Shown here: positions 26,328-37,911 of the stretch, piece after piece | Position numbering within the stretch: the stretch's first letter is position 1 | Layout: every line of letters begins with the position of its first letter | Assembly: GCA_951406725.2 (NCBI GenBank) | Contig: OX597814.1 | Location: forward strand, 558,001 to 622,000 | Source: Octopus vulgaris | Lineage: Eukaryota | DNA length: 64,000 bases | Direction: 5' to 3' | The notes under the pieces: generated by a model | Databases searched by the model: none | What the model was told of the DNA's origin: nothing | What the model saw: only the letters and a program-made list of their open reading frames with translations | Made by a program: the position numbers and the translations under genes

Positions 26328-26815
26328 CTGTAAATCCTCGAGTATAGTCTACCCTTGAGTATAATATGCAGGGGATTTTTAGGTGGCTGTACTTCTGAAA
26401 AAACTAAACCTTGTGTATAATACGCACCCCTTCTCTAACTTGAGTCGTGCAAAATTAAGCCAGCAGCACCTAGTCGAACAAATACTTCCGTGCATGCGTA
26501 ATACAATAATGGTGATGTTCTTAACTGTTATATGGGAATGTAAATATGTCTGCAAATTGTTTTTGTTACATGTTATTGTTTACTGCAAGTTATGGATGAT
26601 TCTTTTATGACTTCATTGCTTTCAGGCTTAGCTTAAGGTATTTTTGCGTCCAACGTCACAAAATGCCTTAGAATAAACATTTCCAGACAGCAAATTGACA
26701 CTCGGACCTTGCTTAGAGGATATTTTTCATTTTTAATCTTGTATATAGTACGCACTAGTGATTTTGACCTTTAAACTTTTGGGGGAAAATATGGATTATA
26801 CTCGAGGATTTGCGA
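26328..26815. mobile_element. Tc1/mariner-pogo-like MITE
   Basis: TA + ctgtaaatcctcgagtata ... tatactcgaggatttgcga + TA. Confidence 0.65.
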
Positions 26816-26928
26816 TATGTCCGTGTGTAGATTTCTGAAAGTGAATGAGTGTGTAGACAAATATGCATAAATTACAGCCCCACCCACACACTTTACTTCC
26901 AAGAAAAATATCAAAAAACAAAACCTAC

Positions 26929-27038
26929 ATCTTATTTAAAGTTAAATGTTCCTCAAAATTGTTGAAAGATCCAGCCAACAAGACTTTCTCAGCTTCTTCA
27001 TCCCAGCGTATCTCAACAGAACACTTCTCGCCACTGAC
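26929..27038 (-). CDS. Third coding exon: N-terminal half of the CBM48 domain (VSGEKCSVEIRWDEEAEKVLLAGSFNNFEEHLTLNK)
   Basis: Acceptor ttttcgttgtag|GTC, donor AT|gtaggt; 110 nt (phase 0 to 2). The peptide matches the AMPK-beta CBM pattern 'FRW..GGKEVYLSGSFNNW'. Confidence 0.85.
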
Positions 27039-27439
27039 CTACAACGAAAATAAACATTACACACAATAAAACCCTGTATGAATGTAGATTATGCCAACAG
27101 TCTGGCATTTGTCAGAGATCTTATGGAAGCTGCCAATATCCTCCGATGTGATCTAGAGAAAGAAGATGTCGGTGAAATCGGACAATATATCAATGTTGCT
27201 TCAATGGAGAATATGTGTTACAAAGTACAACCAAGGTGGAACTGAACGCTTGCACCCTCTCGATGGAGAAGAAATAGGACTCCAAATACGTTGCAAATCA
27301 TATCTCCAAATCAAAGAGTGATATGAAAACAAGGATTAGTAAATACATTTAATTTTTCAGATAAAAAATGGAAATCTAATCTTCCACAAGAAACTAAAAC
27401 AGACTCCTTTAAAGCTGTCGTTCAATGAATATTAGTTTA

Positions 27440-27735
27440 CATTATTTACATTTGATGGATATTCGTCCTCATCTTGTTTCAGCTGATATACCCTCCACCC
27501 TTCATCGGGTGTCTTGGGGAAATTTCAAACCTGGGTTCTCATTCCTAAGGTATTTTTCGATGTTGTTGTTGTTATTATTATTATTATTATTACTATTATT
27601 ATTCAGGTCACTGCCTGGAATCGAACTCGGAATCTTGGGGTTAGTAGCCTGCACTCTTAACCACTATGCCATATGCCCATGTGGTTAAGAGTGCAGGCTA
27701 CTAACCAAGATTCCCAGTTCGATTCCAGGCAGTGA

Positions 27736-27776
<41 letters not shown>

Positions 27777-27949
27777 TTGAAAAATACCTCAGGAATGAGA
27801 ACCCAGGTTCGAAATTTCCCCAAGACACCTGATGAAGGCTGGAGGGTATATCAGCCGAAACGTTGTGTTATCAACAAGCAAGATGAGGACAAATATCCAT
27901 CAAATGTAAATAATGTACATAATTCCTCATCTCTTAAATATAGAACTGA
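27440..27949. mobile_element. Palindromic head-to-head retroelement: tRNA-like head + (AAT)n + hammerhead ribozyme, copy 1
   Basis: Inverted arms 27438-27665 and 27680-27917. 12-bp direct repeat aatattagttta at 27428-27439 and 27950-27961. A-box TGGCATAGTGG and B-box GAGTTCGATTCC in the head. Confidence 0.8.
27825..27868 (+). ncRNA. Minimal type I hammerhead ribozyme
   Basis: ACAC-CUGAUGA-A-GGCUG(loop)CAGCC-GAAA-C-GU-U-GUGU. Stem I ACAC/GUGU, stem II GGCUG/CAGCC, palindromic stem III AACGUU. Confidence 0.75.
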
Positions 27950-28116
27950 AATATTAGTTTATGGTTAAATAACATGGACAGTTACAACTTCCAGGTTAAA
28001 AAATAACTCTAAATGGCACGTACAACACTAGAATACTTTGTGATGCTCTAAATATCTTTTACTGTGAACATGATTAACAAAGAACTTTACCAAGGCATTC
28101 CATGGATCACAAAGAT

Positions 28117-29079
28117 GGTGAAGGTAAAGGACATGGACTGCACTCCCTTTCAGTTATTTTTGGGGGTTTATTTTGGTTTTGTTTTGTTTTTTTTCTACAG
28201 AAAGCTACTTTTTCAACTGCAGTGATTCCAAATCTGCAAAAAGAAATCTGCATTTCAAAATTTTAACCCCTATTCCACCCCGTAATTTTTCACTTCTTTT
28301 AGAAATTTTTTTTGGTGAAATATGTAGAAAAAAATACAGAGATTATGATTGTGAAAAAAAAAAAAATTTTTGTAAAATTTCAATTTTTCAAAAATAAATA
28401 TATAAACATCCCTCCCCTCTGCCAGTGCATCTGTGACAGAAAGTGAACATGTTGTGGTTGAGGGTCTTAGTTTTTTACACACACACGACAACAAAATGAT
28501 ATTTTTTTCTTTTTTGGTAATTTGTATTTCAAAAGTGGATCTTCAGTTTGGCTGTTGTTTCTAGCTTGTCGGACTTTCCAGTTGGAGCAAACTTAAAAAT
28601 TGAAGATTTTGAAAACAACCAAAAAACGTTTTCAAAATTTTAATCCCCCCCCTCTCCACTCCTCTGGCAAAGAAAAATAAAGGGGTGGCAGAAATTAAAA
28701 TTTTGAAAACATGATTTGTCATTTAGCTACTGTTTCTAGCATGTCGAGTTTTCTGTTTAGATCCTTTTTGCATCTGCTATTTTAGTAGGAGGGGAGTGGT
28801 GTTTATTTATTTATTATTTTTTTTTTTGAAAAATTGAAATTTTACGAAATTTTTTTTCAGATCTCCATATTTTTCTATGTATTTCACAAAAAAAATAATT
28901 TCTAAAAAAGTGAAAAACCGAGCAGGGATCAGATCAGAATTTTGAAATGCCAATTTCTTCTTTTTTTTTGAGGATTCTGAATCTCCGCAGTTGAAAAGAT
29001 AGGTTTCTGTGGAAAAAAAGCAAAAAAAAAAAAAAAAAAAAAAACCCCACCTGAGAAGTCCATGTCCTGTACCTCCGCC
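28117..29079. mobile_element. Mutator-like long-TIR non-autonomous element
   Basis: Ends ggtgaaggtaaaggacatggac / gtccatgtcctgtacctccgcc; ~270-bp degenerate TIRs; 9-bp TSD cacaaagaY. Confidence 0.75.
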
Positions 29080-29289
29080 CACAAAGACAATATGAAAGCA
29101 CAGTCTGAGAATGGTCACTGTTCATAAAACAACTAACAGCTGAAGCTTTTCTGTGGTAACCCTCTTATGATAAACAAAGAGGTAAGCCAACCCAAATTTA
29201 TGTCAACCAATTGTTTCAAGAGTGTATTTATATATATATCATCATCGTCATTTAGCATCTGCTTTCCATGCTAGCATGGGTTGGACTTT

Positions 29290-29935
29290 GCCCAAGCTAT
29301 TCTTACTCTAGCAGTTACACTTTCAGCACCCCCGCCCCCGCTGCTGACTTGGTCACCTAGGTAACGGAAGCTATCAACTATTTCTAGTTTTTCTCCCTGG
29401 AAAGTGACAGAAGTTGGTCTCAGAGCATTTTCAGTGTTTATTGTTCCTGAGCATCTGCCACATACAAAAAACCATCTTCCTAGTTAGCCATCCTTTGACA
29501 TTGCTGCACCTCTTATGTGTCCATAGCTTACACTTGGTTCATCTTATAGAGTTTCTACCTACACCTTTTCTACAGATCGAGCAGGGCCATCTACCTGAAG
29601 GCGTTTGTGATTTGTCTACCTTCCTACTTATTAGGACTTTGGTTTTAGCTAGATTGACTCTAAGGCCCTTCGATTCTAATCCTTGTTTCCACACCTGAAA
29701 CTTCTCTTCCAGTTCCGATAGTGACTCAGCAATTAGAGCAAGGTCATCAGCATAGAGGAGCTCCCAGGGGCATCCTGTCTTGAATTCCTCCGTTATTGCC
29801 TGGAGGACTATGATAAATAGGAGGGGGCTGAGGACTGAGCCTTGGTGGACCCCTACCTCTACTCGGAATTATTCACTGTACTCGTTGCCAACCCTCACCT
29901 TACTAGCAGCGTCCCTGTACATGGCTCGCACAGCT
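29290..29935 (-). mobile_element. RTE LINE RT fragment
   Basis: GVHQGSVLSPLLFIIVLQAITEEFKTGCPWELLYADDLAL on the minus strand. Confidence 0.9.
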
Positions 29936-29962
29936 CTCATATATATATCCTTATATATATAT

Positions 29963-30003
<41 letters not shown>

Positions 30004-30421
30004 CACTCTTTTACTTGATTGTCATTTGACTGTGGCCATGCTGGAACACCGCCTTTTTGTCGAGCAAATCAACCCCAGGACTTATTCTTTGTAAGCCTAT
30101 TACTTATTCTATCAGTCTCTTTTTGCCGAACCGCTAATTTACAGGGATGTGAAGACACCAGCATCGATTGTTGGGTGATGTTGGGGGGACAAACACAGAC
30201 ACAGACACACACACACATATACATATATATATCACCATTTAACATCTGTTTATCATATGGGCATGTGTGGAATGGTTCATCAGAAGATTGCATTAAGCTC
30301 CCTTATCTGCTTTCGCATGGCTTCCATGGCTGAAGGCCCCTCCTAATATATTAATATATATTAAAATGATGATAACATGCATAACATTTGTAATAAATAT
30401 AGAAATGTGGAAAGGTACCAG

Positions 30422-30687
30422 CTGCAATATTTTGATATTTTGACCCAGAAACTTCTGCAATATTTTGATATTTTGACCCAGAAACTTCTGCAATATTTTG
30501 ATATTTTGACCCAGAAACTTCTGCAATATTTTGATATTTTGACCCAGAAACTTCTGCAATATTTTGATATTTTGACCCAGAAACTTCTGCAATATTTTGA
30601 TATTTTGACCCAGAAACTTCTGCAATATTTTGATATTTTGACCCAGAAACTTCTGCAATATTTTGATATTTTGACCCAGAAACTTCT
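30422..30687 (+). repeat. 33-bp minisatellite, 8 identical copies
   Basis: (ctgcaatattttgatattttgacccagaaactt)x8. Confidence 0.95.
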
Positions 30688-31279
30688 CTTCACAATTTTA
30701 TCTGACCCAATATAAATTAATGGTAAAATATTTCTTTACTTTCACCCATTTAATACAATAAGTAAGTTTATTGCATTGCAATTAAAAACACTTGTGTATT
30801 AATAATTGGGTATTATACCATCAGTATATTGGATAAGTATTATCCCTTAGTGGGTTGGATCTACAACCCGTAACTTACTTGGTGTATATATGCATATATA
30901 TATATTTCTATATATATATGTGAATAAGTGGCCATTAAATCAATAATTATGAAGCATGTGTGTGTGTGTGTATATACATATGTATATAGTGAAAAGATGG
31001 ATCTCTGAATCCCCAGAAACAGGTGTTGGACTTATAACACCGTTCTGTCCCCCACTTAAATTTTCTCTGGCATTTTTACTCTGTGTAAGTTGGATCTATT
31101 GATATAAATATCTAATATATTTATACTTAAATATTCATCATCTGAAAGTCTCCACTTTTTGCTTTCTCTCATTTTGCATGTGTACTTATATGCATATTTT
31201 GTATTTTAATACCCAAACTGTTATAATTGATATATCTAATTTGTTTATACACATAATTGCCTCCCCCTCTCTCTCTCTT

Positions 31280-31312
<33 letters not shown>

Positions 31313-31975
31313 AACATATGGTATAATTATAAACAGAGCAAACATTAGCCATTTCTCTGCAGACTGAAAAAAAATTATCATCATCATCATCGCTTAACAT
31401 CCACTTTCCATGCTGGCATGGGTTGGACGATTTGACTGAGGGCTGGTGAACCAGATGGCTGCACCAGGCTCCAATCTTGATCTGGCAGAGTTTCTACAGC
31501 TGGATGCCCTTCCTAATGCCAACCACTCCGAAAGTGTATTGGGTGCTTTTACGTGCCACTGGCATGGGGGCAAGTCAGGTGGTACTGGCAACGACCTCGC
31601 TCGAATCTTTTACACATGCCACCGGCACAGGTGCCAGTAAGGTGATGCTGGTAACGATCACGCTCGAATGGTATCTTTTACGTGCCACCGGCGCGGAGGC
31701 CAGTTGGCTGCTCTGGCAACATCGATTATCGAACCTTGTTGGGTTCTCGTCAGAGGTGTCTACATCATTCTGACAGTCTCCAGAGAAACAAGCAGCCAAA
31801 CTGTTTATATACTCAACAAATGCAGCAGTTACTCTATGAAGGGGTCCCTAATTTGCATACCAAAAGAAAACTTAATTTATTCCCTGCTATTTACTTCTAT
31901 ATCCCCAATCTAAAAGTCATGATGGACATGGTCCACCAGGGTCAACATTCCAACAACTGCAACTAAAACACATAC

Positions 31976-32911
31976 CTCAATTAATGGTTCTTCAGTTTCA
32001 GGCACTTCTGCTACCTTTTCCTCTTCAGTTGTCTTGGTAACTGCTTCCTCTGTGTCTAGTTCTTCATTCACCTTACTTTCATCGCCCATTCCTCCTTCTT
32101 CATGGCATTCTGATTCGACAGTCACTTCTGGATCTGTAGCATTGCTCGGCTCAGGCTCTGGTTCTGGCTCCGAAACAGGAATGGGAGCTGATTCTGGAAC
32201 TATTTCTATGAGAGTAGCTGTCAGGGGTTCTGGGAGTTTGTCCAGAGGTGGTTCTGGAAGTGAATCTTCTTCTGGGATTGGGTCTGGGAGTGATTCTGGT
32301 TCCGGAAGTGATTCTGGCTCCGGGAGTGATTCTGGCTCTGGGAGTGATTCTGGCTCTGGGAGTGATTCTGGCTCTGGGATGGGTTCTGGTTCAGGGATGG
32401 GTTCTGGGATTGATGCTGGTTCTGGGACAGATTCAGTTTCAGGAACAGATTCTGGTTTTGGGATAGATTCCTGTGCTGGAACTGGAGTTGGTTCTGGAAC
32501 TAATTCTTGCACTGGTTCTGGGACAGGTTCTGGGACTATCTCTGGTACAGATTCTACAACCACTTCAGACACTGCTGCTGCCACTGCTGCTGGTGCGGAT
32601 TCTGTCACAGTTTCGACAGCAGCAACGACCTCCTCGACCTTTTCAGACACTTTCTCCACCTCTTTACTCTCAGTTTCACACTTGACCGATTCCTTAACCT
32701 GTGCTGCCACAGCATCCACTTCATTCATAATTGTTTCTGTAAAAGAAGATGGTTCAGCGCTACCATTTTCCGATGCTTGTGACTCAGAAACAGCCGATTC
32801 TTGTGCTTTCTGGGAATCTTCTGTAGGTTTGGTGCTTTCTTTGGCTTCTTCTGCCACTTCGTTTGTTGTGACATCTTCGACAGTTTTCTCTGTGGAATTC
32901 TGTGGAGTTTC
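31976..32911 (-). CDS. Second coding exon: 312-aa Glu/Pro/Ser-rich low-complexity region with PEPESL repeats
   Basis: Lies within ORF 31910..33016. Acceptor attcttcag|GAA at 32911, donor GAG|gtatgt at 31976; 936 nt, phase 0/0, in frame with the exon at 35909. Confidence 0.85.
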
Positions 32912-35287
32912 CTGAAGAATCAAAGACAACAACACAGTTAAAACAAAAGCAACAGCAACAACAACAACACCATAAATTATTACAAAAAAAATGTAATAGA
33001 AAATCCAAACTTCCATTTTGCCAAAGATTTTGGATCAAGAAGAATCGGGATAATTGTTGCTTCTGCAAAAGTAGGACAATGAAGTTAGAAGACTTGATTC
33101 CCAGCGATGTGGTTTCAAGTTCAGTCCCACTACAGGCCATGTGGGACAAGTGTTTCTGCTACTGCTCCAGACTAACCAAAACCTTGTGAATGGATCTGAT
33201 GGATGGAACTGAGGGTTGCCTGTTGTGTTATCATCACTATCACCATCATCATTGATTAACGTCTGCTTTCCATGCTGGCATGGGTTGGATGGTTTGACGA
33301 GAGTCTAGCAAGGCAGGAGGCTGCACCCGGCTCCAATCTGATCTGGCAAGGTTTCTACAGCTGGATGCCCTTCCTAATGCCAACCACTCCGAGAGTGTAG
33401 TGGGTGCTTTTTACGTGCCACCAGCATGGGGGCCAGTCAGGTGACACCGGCATCAACCATGCTCAGATGGTGCTTTTTACGTGCCACCAGCACAGGAGAG
33501 AGTCAGGCGGCACTGGCATCGACCACATTCAAATGGTGCCTTTTACACATCACTGGCATTGGCCATGACTACAATTTCACTTGACTCAACAGGTCTTCTT
33601 AAGCACAGCATTTTGCCCGACGATTGAACGGTACTTCTTAACTGACCAGTTGGTACTTGTGTGTATGTGTGTGTATTTATGACTATGTGTATGTCTCTGT
33701 GAAATTGTTTATTGTCTTGAGGCAAAGTGTGTGTGTGTGTGTGATGTGACTAAGATGTATATTCTTATTTGTGTCTTTATCTCCTATCTGTTTCAGTCAT
33801 CAGACTGTGGCCATGCTGGAGCACCACCTTCAAGGAATTTTTCTTTTGTCAAATGAATCAACCCCGGGACTTAGTATTTTTTAAAGTCTGGTACTTTTCT
33901 GTTGGTGTCTTTTGCCAAACTGCTAAGTCACCTGTTGTCAAAGGCGGGGGGGGGGGGCAACCACCGACATACACATATTCTTATATTCTTTCTTTTATTC
34001 ATTTCAGTCAATTTGACTGTGGCCATGCTGGAGCACCACCTTTTAATCGAACAAATTGATCCCAGGACTTATTTTTTGGAAGCCTAGTACTTATTCTATC
34101 AGTTCCTTTTTCCGAACTGCTAAGTTACAGGGATGTAAACACAACAACATCGGTAGTCAAGCGATGTTGGGCGAACAAACACAGATGCAAAAACATGTAT
34201 ACACACACACACAGATATATATGTATGTATATATATATATATATATACACGACAGGCTTCTTTCAGTTTCCGTCTACCAAATCCATTCACAAGGCTTTGG
34301 TCGGCCTGAGGCCATAGTAGAAGACACCATGTGGTTGGTAAGCAAGCTACTTATCACACAGCCACTCTGGGCAATTATCTTCTACAATGGCCTCAGACTG
34401 ACCAAATCCTTGTGAGTGGATTTGGTAGACGGAAACTGAAAGAAGCCTGTCGTGTGTATATATATATATGATGATGATGATGATTATATATAGAGAGCAG
34501 CTGATTTCCACAACAGAACATATCTTTTCTTTGTGGTCCCACACAACAATAACTGACTGGTTGTGTTTTAACTTGGTAGGTGCTTTCATTTTTTAAATTC
34601 CATTGGGCTTGACAAGGCCTGTTGAGTCAAGTGGAGTCATAGTTGTGGCCAAAAACAGTACCGCATGACTGGCTCCCATGCTGATAGCACGTAAAAAGCA
34701 CCATTTGAACATGGTCATTGCCGGTGCCACCTGACTGGCTCCCATGCTGATGGCACGTAAAAAGCACCATTCAAGCGTGGTCGATGCCAGTACTACCTGA
34801 CTGGCCCTCATACCAGTAGCATATAAAAAGCACTCACTACATTCTCAGAGTGGTTGGCATTAGGAAGGGCATCCAGCTGTAGAAACATTGTCAGATCAGA
34901 CTGGAGCCTGGTGCAGCCTCCTAGTTTCCCAGACCTCGGTCGAACCATCCAACCCATGCTAGAATGGAAAATGGACGTTAAATGACAATGATGATGATGA
35001 TTATGATGAACAATTTTCTTTTGACCCATCAATCTTAATATATTCAACTTCATCTGTAAGTGTTTTCTTTTTTGTCATCCTGTTCCAGACTATTCTGGCC
35101 ACTACATCATTCCTCAAAGGAAGATAATATCAAAAATACATTCTCTTATAATTGGCAAAAATGGAATTAATGCCTTCAGTCTAAGTTTGGCACAGCCTGT
35201 CTTTTATGCTGGAGGTTCTTGGTAAGGATCTCTCGTTCTTGAATTCCATGAAGTTAGCCTTCAAAGTGGGATGTCAAACACTTGTCA

Positions 35288-35578
35288 GTTTGTTCCTTCT
35301 CAAGCCACGCCGGGCTCATAAGGGCCGGTTTCCCGGTTTCCTTGACATATAGGTTCCCCACCTGAACAGGACACCAGTCCGTCGCAGGTGAGCTGCAAGA
35401 TGCAGGAGGAAAGAGTGAGAGAAAGTTGTGGCAAAAGAGTTCACCATTACCTTCTGCGGAAGCAGTGTGGAGCTTAGGTGTTTCGCTCATAAACACACAC
35501 ATCGCCCAGTCTGAGATTCGAACCCGCGATTCCTCGACAGCAAGTCTGCTGCTCTAACCACTTGGCTGTGTGCCTCCA
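35288..35578 (-). mobile_element. tRNA-derived SINE family D
   Basis: Head ...agtggttagagcagcagact...gggttcgaatctc; body ctgcgacggactggtgtcctgttcagg (resembles the V-SINE domain). Copies at 53068-53370 and 22104-22225. Confidence 0.8.
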
Positions 35579-35908
35579 CATACACTTGTCAGTGCTCCAT
35601 GCCAAGCTTTTGATATGAATTTATTCCCTCTCTGACTGGTGTCTTTCATGCAAAGTCCACATGTCCCACCTTCCCAGTGTATATATATGCAAGTATAATG
35701 TGTATGCATGCATGTATGTATATAAAGGGCATATCTTGTTTCAAGTATATGAAGGACTTATTGTGATGTGAATACACACACACACACACACACAAAGGAG
35801 CTACAGGACCCACCAAGATATGAATGTATACAGGGTTTACCTTGATGTGAGTATATGCAATGTACCTCCCTAATGTATGTATAAGGTGAGTATATATAAA
35901 GAACATAC

Positions 35909-35989
35909 CTTGTCTTCTACTGCTTCTGCGACTCCTTCATTTTCCTTGGCGCTGTCTTTCCGCTTTGCTTTGCTAGTTTTTCCTCCCAT
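35909..35989 (-). CDS. First coding exon of a myristoylated acidic protein with a C-terminal CBM48 (AMPK-beta-like glycogen-binding) domain: MGGKTSKAKRKDSAKENEGVAEAVEDK
   Basis: Acceptor ctttcttgttttcag (exon starts 35994), in-frame-independent 5' leader tgagg, then ATG at 35989. Donor AAG|gtatgt at 35909; 81 nt, phase 0. MGxxxS plus a basic cluster fits the N-myristoylation consensus. Confidence 0.8.
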
Positions 35990-36469
35990 CCTCACTGAAA
36001 ACAAGAAAGGAGACAACCATTAAAAAGCAACCATTCCATCTGGACATTAAGGTCAATCAGCCAACCAGAAGGCCAAAGGATGACACAAATGACCTTTGTG
36101 GTCATCTGGCCAGTTAGAAATAATAGCAACATTTCCATTAACTCACACCTTCCTGTCCTAAACAAGATGACATCTATGCCTGCATGATTTAATGAAGTCG
36201 TAGATAAAATGATGGGAAGGTCATGGTAGGAAGACTATTGATGACGGCTCTGTTTTGTTTGGTTAAGAATATTGCTTCACAACTCTTTGGTTTCATGTTC
36301 AGTCTCGCAGTATAACGCCTTGGGCAAGTGTGTTCTACTATAACCCCAGGCCAACCAAAACCTTGTGAGAAGATTTGGTAGATGGAAACTGAAAGAAGCC
36401 TATCAAATGTGTGTGTGTGAGAGCAAGTTTGTATTTCCTCATCCACCCATATTCATTCGCTTATGTAGA

Positions 36470-36810
36470 CAATCATCATCATCGTTGTTTGACCATGGTC
36501 GAGACAATGGGATTTACTATGTTACGCCAGACCTCACGGTCCATCATAGCACTACGGAGGTCCTGTTGCTGGATGCTTGTATCCCTGGAGATTACATCAG
36601 GGTAGGAGAGTGTGCGCCCTCTTGTATCGCGAGCGGATGGCTTCCAGAGGAGAAGAGTAGAAATTACCTCATTTTCAGCTCTGCAACAATGTCCAGCAAA
36701 CTGGACTCTTCTACCTTTCACAAGAGACGACACAGGTGGTAGTAATGTTGTTTGTTTGCAGTTCTGCCACGAAAGCACATCCAGGCTTCTTCGCATCTCT
36801 TGACATGTTG
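36470..36810 (-). mobile_element. 3' end of a second RTE-like LINE
   Basis: 'RRVQFAGHCCR...LLWKP...AMMDREVWR' with a (GAT)n tail. Confidence 0.8.
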
Positions 36811-37483
36811 TGCAAACTTTGTAAACAAAAGGCCCATTCACAAGGTTTTGTTTGTGTCCGTGTGTGGACTGTTTGTTGTTCCATAGATTGAGAGATTATT
36901 ACCTTCCTTGAAAACAAGGGTTGGTGACAGGAAGTGCATCTGGCCATAGAAAAACTCTGACCCAACAAACCCTTATTTGACTCAAGCAAACATTTTCAGA
37001 TCACAAAGCTCTTTGTATATAAGATTGACTTTTACGGCATTTTAAGGCTCACAAAAGAATGTTTATAGATAATAAAGTTTGTCAAACACAATAAATTGGG
37101 CAGAGATTGAATTTGGTGTTGGTCCTACTAGAAATATTCAAATTGGGAATTTTGGGAATGTTAACATTGAAGAGGCTACTTATTAGGGCTTTTGGGTCTG
37201 TCTCTAGCATAGTCGTTTGTATTTAGACAATTGCAAATGCTTGAATGTAAGTGCATGATGTTAACTATACATCAATGAAGGATTTTTCCATAAGCATATG
37301 TGTCTAAAGAGATATAGATGTATATACAATGTATAAATACACACACACACACTAATATTGAACAGTGAGAATGAGTGCTCAACACTGCATTGATGGATAA
37401 ATATTCTTCATCTGTGGCTTAACAATGGTTTCATGTAGAGAGAAATCTCTCAACAATTAGCAAACTTGCCACTCGGAAATGGT

Positions 37484-37527
<44 letters not shown>

Positions 37528-37566
37528 CATACATACATACATGCATGGATGCATGTATATATGCAT

Positions 37567-37609
<43 letters not shown>

Positions 37610-37911
37610 TACATACATACATACATACATACTAGACAGTCTGGATAAGCTGGCATTTTCAGGGAGCAAAAAAAAATCAACAAACTTGTATATTGCAATC
37701 TGTAAGTGGAACAGTATAACTCTGCAAGACTTTTCTCAAGTTTAAAATGTGACATTATGTTCGTTGTCTACATTCCAATGATGGAGATTTGTATCTTTGT
37801 TAGAAACCAGCTCCTTCTGCAGAGAAAAAATTTTAGGCCGATGATAGTATCACCTGATTGGCACTTGTGCCAGTGGAACATTAGAAACACCATCCAAGCG
37901 TGATCGTTGCC

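Noticed and set aside
27604-27735. tRNA gene
   Set aside because: A and B boxes are present, but no acceptor stem or proper cloverleaf; it is the head of a repeated element. The same holds for the other SINE heads.
30293-30715. Repetitive 11-aa ORFs
   Set aside because: Products of the 33-bp minisatellite.
32034-32915. 293-aa Gly/Ser-rich plus-strand ORF
   Set aside because: Antisense shadow of the Pro/Glu-rich exon; splice signals support the minus strand only.
24550-35989. Calling the gene PRKAB (AMPK beta) or BASP1
   Set aside because: No ASC domain is seen and the linker is atypical. The BASP1 similarity is limited to the N-terminal motif and amino-acid composition.
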